From a virus, in IMG/VR virus record IMGVR_UViG_3300004888_000001, positions 1 through 55,935 of that record: a stretch of 55,935 bases of DNA, one strand, 5' to 3'. The notes beneath the pieces were generated by a model. That model was not told where the DNA came from, searched no databases, and saw only the letters and a list, made by a program, of their open reading frames with translations. Positions 14,252 to 22,449 of this stretch are shown one piece after another. Every line of letters begins with the position of its first letter. The first letter of the stretch is position 1. The translations under genes were made by a program, and so were the position numbers.

Positions 14252-14387
14252 ATCAGAACAAACTAAAAGAGAAGCGGTCGGCTGTGCAATTATCCTATTA
14301 GCGTTTACTTTTGGGGTTTTCTGTTCAATCTTAATTTTCGTCTCTATACCTCTAATAAGCTTTGTATTTACATGGTGGTTTGCATGA
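14244..14387 (+). CDS. Small membrane protein (47 aa)
   Basis: Not in the track. GGGAG lies 6 nt upstream. The start overlaps the methyltransferase stop (AATGGTTAA) and the stop overlaps the next ATG (ATGA). The hydrophobic core is AVGCAIILLAFTFGVFCSILIFVSIPLISFVFTWWF. Confidence 0.45.
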   Translation: MVKSEQTKREAVGCAIILLAFTFGVFCSILIFVSIPLISFVFTWWFA

Positions 14388-14581
14388 GTCGCATTTGCGT
14401 CAATTGCGGTAATCCGTCTAACGTAATTGATAGTCGAGCTAAAGGCGATCTTACCAAAAGGCGTAGACGTTGTTCGGGATGCAAAAACGCTTGGACGACT
14501 TACGAACTACGACCAGAGTACATTGATGAAGACAAATTACAAATTGCCCTTGAAACCTACATGGAAGAATTAGATGAGTGA
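14384..14581 (+). CDS. NrdR-like zinc-ribbon protein lacking an ATP-cone (65 aa)
   Basis: MSRICVNCGNPSNVIDSRAKGDLTKRRRRCSGCKNAWTTYE parallels the NrdR N-terminus (CxxC...VIDSR...RRRRxCxxC...TTxE). The ORF ends about 25 aa later. Confidence 0.65.
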   Translation: MSRICVNCGNPSNVIDSRAKGDLTKRRRRCSGCKNAWTTYELRPEYIDEDKLQIALETYMEELDE

Positions 14582-15494
14582 AACAGCAGACATAACAAGC
14601 GTTATCGACCAAAAACGTATCTCTGAATCAATCTTGATTGATATTGAAGAGTGGTGTGAAAAGGAATACAGCGATGGGCATCGCAAACACCTCGGCGGAT
14701 CTGCAATAGGAAAGAGTTGTTCTCGCGAGCTTTACTATGCTTTCCGTTGGGCTAAGAAGCCAGACTTCAGCTCGGAGACTCGCCACGCCGGACAAACATT
14801 GAGATTGTTCCAGCGCGGACATAAGGAAGAGATCAGCTTTACTGAATACCTGATCGGTATCGGCTGTACTCTTAAAGCGACACCTGAAACGCAAATCAAG
14901 ATCAGCGATGTTGAAGGTCACTTCGGCGGCTCCTGCGACAATGTGGGCTTCCTACCAGCTCGGTACAACATCCCTGCCGAACTGCTGTTCGAAATGAAAA
15001 CTATGAACATGGCTTACTTCAATAGGCTAAAGAACAAGATCAAAAAGAACAAAGCTGCGAATATTGTTGAACCGATCTTCCCTAAGTTGTTTCCTGTTTA
15101 TTGGTCTCAGGTCTGTGTTTACGGGTACAAGCTTGGATTGTCTTATGTGTTCTTCATGGCAGTTGATAAGAACACAGATGAGCTTTACATTGAAATCGTT
15201 ACTCTTGACTGGGAGTTGGCTAAGTCAATGCTTGATAAGGCAGCGATGATTATCACTGCCGACCAACCACCAGCTCGTAAATCTATGCACCGCACAAACC
15301 TAGCTTGCAAGTGGTGCAACTTTACTGATATCTGTCACGGCGAAGAACAAGTAGAAAAAAACTGTCGTTCTTGTAAGCATTCAAGTGCTGCTGCTAACAA
15401 GCAATGGGTTTGCGGATTAGCTCCGCCAGCGGACAATGTGATTCCAGAGCATGTGATACCAAACGGGTGCAATAGTCACGAAGGGATAAAATGA
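14574..15494 (+). CDS. Cas4/RecB-like PD-(D/E)XK exonuclease with an Fe-S cysteine cluster
   Basis: Catalytic D...EMK (CDNVG...LLFEMK), the QxxxY motif (QVCVY), one N-terminal Cys (GKSCS) and C-terminal CKWCNFTDIC. Confidence 0.75.
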   Translation: MSETADITSVIDQKRISESILIDIEEWCEKEYSDGHRKHLGGSAIGKSCSRELYYAFRWAKKPDFSSETRHAGQTLRLFQRGHKEEISFTEYLIGIGCTLKATPETQIKISDVEGHFGGSCDNVGFLPARYNIPAELLFEMKTMNMAYFNRLKNKIKKNKAANIVEPIFPKLFPVYWSQVCVYGYKLGLSYVFFMAVDKNTDELYIEIVTLDWELAKSMLDKAAMIITADQPPARKSMHRTNLACKWCNFTDICHGEEQVEKNCRSCKHSSAAANKQWVCGLAPPADNVIPEHVIPNGCNSHEGIK

Positions 15495-15691
15495 TGAGTG
15501 AATTAGATGAATTGAAAGCGATGTTCGATGAAGCCAGACATAAAGCAAGCGTTGCCTTTGACGGAGCTTTTGTTTTTAGCGGAGTGGTTATTCTCTTCCT
15601 TTTAGAAGGTCGATGGTTATCTCTTTTAATCTGGTTTGGCTTAGGTTGGTTGGTAAAAGCTACTCTGATGAAAGTGTTTTTCAAAAAGTGA
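15491..15691 (+). CDS. Small membrane protein (66 aa)
   Basis: ORF track entry with ATGA overlap to the upstream gene and two hydrophobic segments. Confidence 0.55.
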   Translation: MMSELDELKAMFDEARHKASVAFDGAFVFSGVVILFLLEGRWLSLLIWFGLGWLVKATLMKVFFKK

Positions 15692-15876
15692 ATCGTCCAC
15701 CTCTACATCCTGACATTGTAAGACTGATAATTGCAACACCTCCAGTATTGCACAGTCGAAGAAAAGGCTCTATCTCAAAGTGTATAAAAGGTTGTAAAGC
15801 TTGTGAGTATCTTGATTTAAAAGCTAAAGCTTTAGATCAAGTCTCACAAATCGATGTAATTGAAAATAATGAATAG
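15688..15876 (+). CDS. Small hypothetical protein (about 62 aa, GTG start)
   Basis: The GTG overlaps the upstream TGA (GTGA). The track ATG at 15613 would lie inside the previous gene. Confidence 0.35.
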   Translation: MNRPPLHPDIVRLIIATPPVLHSRRKGSISKCIKGCKACEYLDLKAKALDQVSQIDVIENNE

Positions 15877-17578
15877 ACCTCATCAAATATTCCCTCGCTC
15901 ATACCAGACTGAGTGCATCAATACGTTATGGAATTGGTTCCATGCTGGTAACACAGGCAACCCCGTATTGGCATTACCTACAGGTACGGGTAAAAGCCTA
16001 ATACCTCCGTTGTTCATTGAGCGTGCATTCAAACATTACCCATCAACTCGTATGGTAATGTTGACTCACGTTAAAGAACTGGTAGAGCAGAATCGCAAGG
16101 CATTGCAACGAGTCATGCCGACCGCGCCAGTCGGCGTTTACTCAGCCGGGCTCGGAAGGAAGGAGCCGGGCGCCCCGATCGTGTACGGATCGATTCAGAG
16201 CGTCAAGAACGCAGTGAAGCTTCTCGGTCGCCGTGATATGCTTTGGATCGATGAAGGGCATCTGCTGTCGCCAAAAGACGGTACGATGTATCAGGATGTT
16301 ATTGCCGAGCTAAGAGAGATGAATCCGGGGATGCCTGTTGTCGGTATGTCGGCAACACCATTTCGAATGGGGCAGGGAATGCTCACTGATCCGACGTTTG
16401 ACAAAGAAGGTAACCCTAAACCTGCTATTTTTGATGAGATTGTTTTTGACATAACTGGAGTCAGTGCGTTTAATCGCCTGATTGATGAGCGATACCTTTC
16501 TCCGTTAGTTCCTAAAGAGACCGACATTGTTATCGATGTTAGTGATGTTAGAATGCTCGGCGGAGAGTACAATAAGGAACAACTCAGGGAAACAATTAAG
16601 AAACAAAACATAACAGCTAGAGCTTTGACAGAAGCTTACGATTTGTTGGGAGACCGAAAGTCATGGATTGTTTTCGGTGCAGGTATCGAAAACTGTATGC
16701 AGATAACAGAGCTTATGAACAAGATGGGTATTTTAACCTGCTGCGTTCATAGTAAAATGAAAGCTGAGCAACGCGACAAATACATTGCTGCATACAAAGC
16801 TGGTCGTTTCAGAGCGATTGTATCAAACAACATTTTGACAACAGGGTTCGACCATCCTCAGATTGATGCAATTGTTGATCTAAGACCTACCGTCTCTGTG
16901 GTCATGCACCTTCAGAAATACGGTCGCGGCACTAGACCTTATTTTCACCCGTCTTATTCATTTTTGCAACTATTGGAGTTACAACATCGCATTGACGCTA
17001 TGGCGATGGGAGGCAAAGCTAATTGCAAAGTATTGGACTTTGCAGGCAACACAGCTAGACTTGGACCTATCAACGACCCATGTATTCCGAAACGTAAGAC
17101 CAAACCGGGTACAGGTGAAGTACCAATTAAGATATGCCCACAATGTGGAGCGTACAATCATACACCTGCTCGCTTCTGCTGCGATCCCGATTGCAACTAC
17201 GAATTTGTGTTCAAGGAAAAACTTAAACCCAATGCTTCAACAGCAGTGCTGATTCGTAGAGATGAGACAGGTATTGAGATTTGGGATGTTTCAGCAATGC
17301 AAGCCTTTCGCCATAAAGGTAAGAACGGTAAGCCAGATACGATACGAGTACAGTATTTTTGCGGTATCCAGCCTGTATCAATGTGGCTTGGTTTTGGCGA
17401 CGGTCACAAAGGATTGACAAAGCATCGATCTCACGATTGGTGGCGACAGCACTCCGCTGGAGATCCACCGCAATCAATCGAAGAAGGACTTGAACGGTTC
17501 AGTGAGTGTCGTCAGACAAAGAAATTAAAGGTTTGTTCATCAGGTAAATACGCGGAGGTTTTAGAATGTCTGTTTTAA
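15860..17578 (+). CDS. SF2 DEAD/DEAH-box-type DNA helicase with a C-terminal zinc ribbon
   Basis: Walker A LPTGTGKS, motif II WIDEGH, motif VI QKYGRGTR, and CPQCG...CCDPDC. Confidence 0.85.
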   Translation: MKIMNRPHQIFPRSYQTECINTLWNWFHAGNTGNPVLALPTGTGKSLIPPLFIERAFKHYPSTRMVMLTHVKELVEQNRKALQRVMPTAPVGVYSAGLGRKEPGAPIVYGSIQSVKNAVKLLGRRDMLWIDEGHLLSPKDGTMYQDVIAELREMNPGMPVVGMSATPFRMGQGMLTDPTFDKEGNPKPAIFDEIVFDITGVSAFNRLIDERYLSPLVPKETDIVIDVSDVRMLGGEYNKEQLRETIKKQNITARALTEAYDLLGDRKSWIVFGAGIENCMQITELMNKMGILTCCVHSKMKAEQRDKYIAAYKAGRFRAIVSNNILTTGFDHPQIDAIVDLRPTVSVVMHLQKYGRGTRPYFHPSYSFLQLLELQHRIDAMAMGGKANCKVLDFAGNTARLGPINDPCIPKRKTKPGTGEVPIKICPQCGAYNHTPARFCCDPDCNYEFVFKEKLKPNASTAVLIRRDETGIEIWDVSAMQAFRHKGKNGKPDTIRVQYFCGIQPVSMWLGFGDGHKGLTKHRSHDWWRQHSAGDPPQSIEEGLERFSECRQTKKLKVCSSGKYAEVLECLF

Positions 17579-17949
17579 AAAGAGGTCAAACTGGCACTTG
17601 CCGTAATTGCGGATGTCAAATAAAAGTCTATAGGAATGGCAGACCTGATAACTACTGGGATCATTCAGTCAACACCAGATGTAATTACCCCCAACCGCTA
17701 AATGAGCATGAAGCAATCACCAAAGAACAACAAACAGCCAACAATCGACAAGTTGACGGCGACCACTATCAAAGTGAGATACAACCTTGGGATTTCATCG
17801 AAGCTAACAATCTTACCTTTATTGAAGGCTCTATTGTCAAATATGTTAGCCGTCATAGAAAGAAAAACGGTGTGCGAGACCTCAAGAAAGCACAACACTT
17901 TCTTGAAAAACTAATTGAAATTGAACAATCAAAACCTTTAGGTGACTAA
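17566..17949 (+). CDS. DUF3310-family phage protein with an N-terminal Cys pair
   Basis: VDGDHYQSEIQPWDFIEANNLTFIEGSIVKYVSRHRKKNGVRDLKKAQHFLEKLIE is the DUF3310 signature. Confidence 0.65.
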   Translation: MSVLKRGQTGTCRNCGCQIKVYRNGRPDNYWDHSVNTRCNYPQPLNEHEAITKEQQTANNRQVDGDHYQSEIQPWDFIEANNLTFIEGSIVKYVSRHRKKNGVRDLKKAQHFLEKLIEIEQSKPLGD

Positions 17950-18251
17950 TGAGAAATGGTAGATTCAAGAGAATACGACCTTTTAGTACAGGTCAGTTTA
18001 AGATTAACTGCGCTCATTGTACTCGTATAGCTGAAGTGCGACTTGTGCCAAAACCGCATTGGAAAAGCAAGTCAAACGGCCCTCGTGGTAAATCACCAGA
18101 AGAGGCAACAAGTCTAAATGCAAAAATAAAGTTTTTTGCCAGAGGTTGGGTTGAACATCGTATTGATGGTTGGCGTTGCCCTGTTTGTGCCAAAGAAAAA
18201 CGATCCTTACCGGGTCCAAAAGAGAAAGTTGGAAATGTCAGCAAAATGTAG
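17949..18251 (+). CDS. Hypothetical zinc-finger-like basic protein (100 aa)
   Basis: ORF track entry with cysteine pairs CAHC...CPVC and ATG/stop coupling to its neighbours. Confidence 0.6.
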   Translation: MRNGRFKRIRPFSTGQFKINCAHCTRIAEVRLVPKPHWKSKSNGPRGKSPEEATSLNAKIKFFARGWVEHRIDGWRCPVCAKEKRSLPGPKEKVGNVSKM

Positions 18252-18408
18252 ATGTGACCGTTGTGGAAAACCTTCATTAAGACTTAATGTTGTTGATCCT
18301 GATGAAATCGTTCAACGTCAGTTTTGTGATGAATGTACTGACAAACTGATTGTTGAAATTGAAAAAGTTATCAAAAACATAGAGAAAGCGAATAATAAAC
18401 ATGCCTAA
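18235..18408 (+). CDS. Small Cys-rich protein (57 aa)
   Basis: The internal ATG at 18235 avoids a 115-nt overlap with the previous gene. CRCDRCG...CDEC. Confidence 0.5.
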   Translation: MSAKCRCDRCGKPSLRLNVVDPDEIVQRQFCDECTDKLIVEIEKVIKNIEKANNKHA

Positions 18409-18856
18409 ATACGACATAACAATGGACGAACAAACTTATCGCGTATTTGCAGAGTGCGGTAAGAAAATGAACTGTGGTGATGCAACTGAGTTGATCGCTA
18501 TGGCTGTTGAATCATTAGCTCAGAAGCTGAACATGGATGAAGCAATTCAAGCTAACAAAAAATTCATCGATCAGTGTGATGACCATCTTCTGCATCCGGC
18601 AGACTTTGAAGGTTCTAATGCAGTATTCGGACCTCCACCGGGTCAAACTGAAGATGAAGTCTACTCGCTCTGCGCTACAAAAATTAACTGGGGTGGCGCA
18701 CCGTCAGTGCTAACCTGTTGGAAACCAACCCATCACCATCTGAAGTCGATAAAGAAAACAGGTCGTATCTGGTTAGCTCAGATGGCAGATCGACCAAACC
18801 CAGTATGTTTGTCAGCTAAGAATCCATTGGAGTTTCAGGGGATTGAATTGCAATGA
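18401..18856 (+). CDS. Hypothetical protein (151 aa)
   Basis: ORF track entry with a coupled start. Confidence 0.65.
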   Translation: MPKYDITMDEQTYRVFAECGKKMNCGDATELIAMAVESLAQKLNMDEAIQANKKFIDQCDDHLLHPADFEGSNAVFGPPPGQTEDEVYSLCATKINWGGAPSVLTCWKPTHHHLKSIKKTGRIWLAQMADRPNPVCLSAKNPLEFQGIELQ

Positions 18857-19074
18857 AGTTAGAAGCAACATGTAGATGCGAATTATTTGCAGGGTTTTTC
18901 GGAATAGACGCTAGTGGTAATCAACCCGAATGCGGCAATACTATTGAAATCGATGTTGAATTAGACGATTTAATAAAAGTAGATGATGATTCTTTTTGCT
19001 TGCCTTATTCTATCGAGTGCGAATCATGTGGCTTTACTCACGATAGCGAATACCTTCTTTTTGAGTTAGTATGA
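18853..19074 (+). CDS. Hypothetical Cys-rich protein (73 aa)
   Basis: ORF track entry with ATGA overlaps at both ends. Confidence 0.55.
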   Translation: MKLEATCRCELFAGFFGIDASGNQPECGNTIEIDVELDDLIKVDDDSFCLPYSIECESCGFTHDSEYLLFELV

Positions 19075-21059
19075 CCTTAACCTACACAACCCCTGAAGTA
19101 GAACCTGCTCCGATTCATTTTATGTCGCCTCAGCAAGTAGTAGCTGAGAACGGTAACGAAATGCTGATGGATATTGAGTGCTACCCTAACTTCTTTCTGA
19201 TCGGAATGAAGTCATTCCAAACAGGGTTTGTTAAGTTCTTTGAGCGATCATCTGAGAACGATATTGATTTGCCGACTCTTCGCCACATGGTTCTAAACAC
19301 AACCATGATCGGTTTCAACATAACCGGTTACGATCTTCCGATGCTATACGCAGCATTAGCAGGTCGCAACTGTGGGCAACTCTACGAGATATCTCGTAAG
19401 CTCACTGAGAAGAAACATAACAACTTCGGCAAAGAGATTAAAGTACGACCTTGGCAGGTGGCTAAGAAGTTTGGCTTTAAGATAGGTCACTGCAAGTCCG
19501 TCGATCTCCAAACCGTCGCGCCAGCTCTCGCGCAGCAGCTCAGCTTGAAGCACTACGGCGCCCGGATGCACACCGACCGGCTTCAGGAGCTGCCGGTCGA
19601 TTTCAGGAACGACCTCAGCTACGATGAGGCTCGCGGAATCCGCACCTACAACATAAATGACCTCGACGTTACCGGTTGGCTCAGAAACGCCCTCACGGCG
19701 GATCTCGAACTCAGGAAGCAAATGAGTCAGGTCTACAGTATCGACCTCATGTCTCGCTCAGATGCTCAGATCGCGGAGCGGGTCATGGCGGCTGAGATCA
19801 AAGCTCAAACAGGTATTGTTGTCACTGCCAAACAAGCTCAGGAACTTTGGCCTACTGGTTCAACTTTTCGTTACTCTGCTCCTGATTATATACAGTTCTA
19901 TACTCCGAAGCTTCTGAATCTTTATGCTCAAATTCTAAACCAAGACTTTGTTATCACCCAGTCCGGTAAAGTTGCAGCCGTCGGTAAGACTGAAGAGAAA
20001 ACCAAATGGCATATTAGAATCAACGAAACTGAATACACAGTTGGGTTAGGTGGATTACATTCAACTGAAAAACAACAGACTTATTTCACAAACGATCGAT
20101 GGCAGCTTTTTGATCGCGACGTTGCAAGTTACTATCCAGCGATCATTCTAAACCAAAGCCTTTACCCCAAGCACATCGGACCGGGTTTCATTCCAACCTA
20201 TCGCGATATTGTTGAGCGACGACTTGAGGCCAAAGCCAACAAAGATAAAGAAACTGCTGATAGTTTGAAGATTGTTATCAACGGAGGTTTCGGTAAGCTC
20301 GGCTCCAAGTGGTCTATCTTCTATTCGCCAGACCTTCTCATCCAAGTTACGATCAGCGGTCAGCTCTCACTACTCATGCTTATCGAGATGCTTGAAGTGT
20401 GCGAGATACCAGTTGTTAGTGCAAACACTGACGGTATTGTGATTAGATGCCCACAAGGGAGACAGGAAGATTATCTTCAAGTTGTTGCTGATTGGGAACG
20501 TATCACTGGGTTTGTGACTGAAGAGAGCCGCTATCAGTCGATTCATAGCCGAGACGTTAATAACTATATTGCGATTGGTGACGATGGTAGCATCAAGGCC
20601 AAAGGTGCTTACACAAATCAACTGAGTTTCAAAAACAAGAACCGTGAAACACTTATGAGTAATCCTGCTGCTGAGATTGTTAGCGAGGCAGTTATGCTAT
20701 ACCTCAAAACCTGTAAGACAAATAGTGTTATCACTGTCGATGAGACAATCGAAAAGTGTAAAGACATTAGGAAGTTTCTATTTGTTAGGCGAGTGAATGG
20801 CGGAGCAGTTCATAACGGAGTAAACATCGGTAAGGTCGTACGATGGTACTACCAAAAAGGTCAGCATGGTGATATTAGAAACTCTAAACCAAACAAGGCA
20901 GGTCAAAGAACAGTTGTTAGTGAATCTCAGGGGGCGATGCCGCTGATGAACCTGCCAAAGAAGTTCCCCAAAGACGTAAACTATATCAAGTACATCCAGA
21001 GAGCTAAGAATGTTCTTGAGGATCTGGGGTACGGAGCCCAACTGGAGTTATTTAGATGA
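19071..21059 (+). CDS. Family B DNA polymerase with a 3'-5' exonuclease domain
   Basis: Exo I MDIECYPN, Exo II NITGYDLPML, motif A DRDVASYYPAIIL, motif B KIVINGGFGKLG, motif C SANTDGIVI. Confidence 0.85.
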   Translation: MTLTYTTPEVEPAPIHFMSPQQVVAENGNEMLMDIECYPNFFLIGMKSFQTGFVKFFERSSENDIDLPTLRHMVLNTTMIGFNITGYDLPMLYAALAGRNCGQLYEISRKLTEKKHNNFGKEIKVRPWQVAKKFGFKIGHCKSVDLQTVAPALAQQLSLKHYGARMHTDRLQELPVDFRNDLSYDEARGIRTYNINDLDVTGWLRNALTADLELRKQMSQVYSIDLMSRSDAQIAERVMAAEIKAQTGIVVTAKQAQELWPTGSTFRYSAPDYIQFYTPKLLNLYAQILNQDFVITQSGKVAAVGKTEEKTKWHIRINETEYTVGLGGLHSTEKQQTYFTNDRWQLFDRDVASYYPAIILNQSLYPKHIGPGFIPTYRDIVERRLEAKANKDKETADSLKIVINGGFGKLGSKWSIFYSPDLLIQVTISGQLSLLMLIEMLEVCEIPVVSANTDGIVIRCPQGRQEDYLQVVADWERITGFVTEESRYQSIHSRDVNNYIAIGDDGSIKAKGAYTNQLSFKNKNRETLMSNPAAEIVSEAVMLYLKTCKTNSVITVDETIEKCKDIRKFLFVRRVNGGAVHNGVNIGKVVRWYYQKGQHGDIRNSKPNKAGQRTVVSESQGAMPLMNLPKKFPKDVNYIKYIQRAKNVLEDLGYGAQLELFR

Positions 21060-21610
21060 ACGAAATGTCAAACACAGAAAGTTACCCGTCACCAAGCAAA
21101 GCTGACCTAGGGGGACGCAACACTTCAAACAACAGCGAGCGATTTAAGCGAGCTGGGTTTGAAGTACACAAAGGCTCAACCGGAAATAAAACAGTAACTA
21201 TCGATCTTATAATTAAAGGTTTAACTTCTGTTTCTAATCATGCTAAGCAAGTCAGTCAGTTTCGTATTTCAGAACTTGCCTCTGAGGTTGTCAGCCACCT
21301 CTATCAGGTTAGAGATAACTGCTTCGGTCGTCGCGTTGCCAAATGGTTCGACGATCGCAAGATTACTCAGAACGCGACTCTAGACGCTCAAATGGGAAAG
21401 CTCCGAGAGGAATTCGGAGAACTGGATCAAGGCATTGAAGACAACGATCTTGAAGAGATTAAAGACGGCATCGGTGATTGCGCAGTTGTTCTCGCTGGCA
21501 TGGCCCACATGTGCGGTATGACTTTCGAAGAGTGTTGTGAACACGCTTGGAACGAGATCAAAGACCGCACAGGACACCTTAACGAAGAAGGTGTTTTCGT
21601 TAAGGATTAA
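21056..21610 (+). CDS. MazG-like nucleotide pyrophosphohydrolase
   Basis: The C-terminal half has GKLREEFGELDQGIEDNDLEEIKDGIGDCAVVL (EExxE...D metal-binding helices). Confidence 0.7.
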   Translation: MNEMSNTESYPSPSKADLGGRNTSNNSERFKRAGFEVHKGSTGNKTVTIDLIIKGLTSVSNHAKQVSQFRISELASEVVSHLYQVRDNCFGRRVAKWFDDRKITQNATLDAQMGKLREEFGELDQGIEDNDLEEIKDGIGDCAVVLAGMAHMCGMTFEECCEHAWNEIKDRTGHLNEEGVFVKD

Positions 21611-22449
21611 AACTGAGCAAGATAGTCTTGCTCAAAGGTTCCACGGTTATCAAAAGTTTGAGGAACACTTGCATCATCGTCGATAATGAAAGTATCTTCG
21701 ATAGCCATGTCTCCAATACCGATATGACCGCTAGGTCTAACTCGTATCTCTATATCAAATACAAAAGGGTGTTGTCTAGAAACGGACACACCTATTTGTA
21801 TCGGGTAGTCCCCTATCGGTGCAGTCGGTGTTCCAAAAATCTCCCCCGTTAATGGTTGTAAGGTCAATCCTTCAGGTAAAGCACTAGACTCAAACAACAA
21901 ACCACCAAACCCCATATTCGGGTTAGTCAACAGATGAGCTAAAGGAATAGACTCTAAGTCACCTAATGTGGATAGGTAGTTATTAAAAAGTAACGGATCA
22001 GTTAAAAACAAAGGCTGAAAGCCAACATTTAAAAGATCAACTTTAGGGTTGGCTGCAAACGCAGCAAGTCTCAATTGATTCAATTGCTCATTTACCTCAA
22101 CGGGTCTGACCTCAAACGTTGCCGAACATCGATAGAAATGTCCTCGCTGTTCTACCAGCCCAAACCCTCTAAGAAATCGACAAATGTGCGGCTCAGGGGT
22201 AGGGTGGTCCGTTATCAAGTCAATCTCAAACTCATCAACGCCTTGATTGACACCTGACTCAAAAAAGGTGGTTAGGTATAAATACCGACTTCGATCTCCG
22301 CTGAATGTGCATTGCAGAACTTTGTGGGCATTCTCAGCATCTTTACGAATGCGAGATCGACCGGAAGCCAGTCGAGTGATTACGCGAGTTTCCTCCGGCT
22401 CACTCCACTGGTAGCTTTCAGCATCAGGTTTTATGTGCATTCTAATCAT
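21607..22449 (-). CDS. Hypothetical virion/tail-tip protein (280 aa), last gene of the late operon
   Basis: ORF track entry. Its start is coupled to the upstream tail protein. Confidence 0.6.
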   Translation of the reverse strand: MIRMHIKPDAESYQWSEPEETRVITRLASGRSRIRKDAENAHKVLQCTFSGDRSRYLYLTTFFESGVNQGVDEFEIDLITDHPTPEPHICRFLRGFGLVEQRGHFYRCSATFEVRPVEVNEQLNQLRLAAFAANPKVDLLNVGFQPLFLTDPLLFNNYLSTLGDLESIPLAHLLTNPNMGFGGLLFESSALPEGLTLQPLTGEIFGTPTAPIGDYPIQIGVSVSRQHPFVFDIEIRVRPSGHIGIGDMAIEDTFIIDDDASVPQTFDNRGTFEQDYLAQF

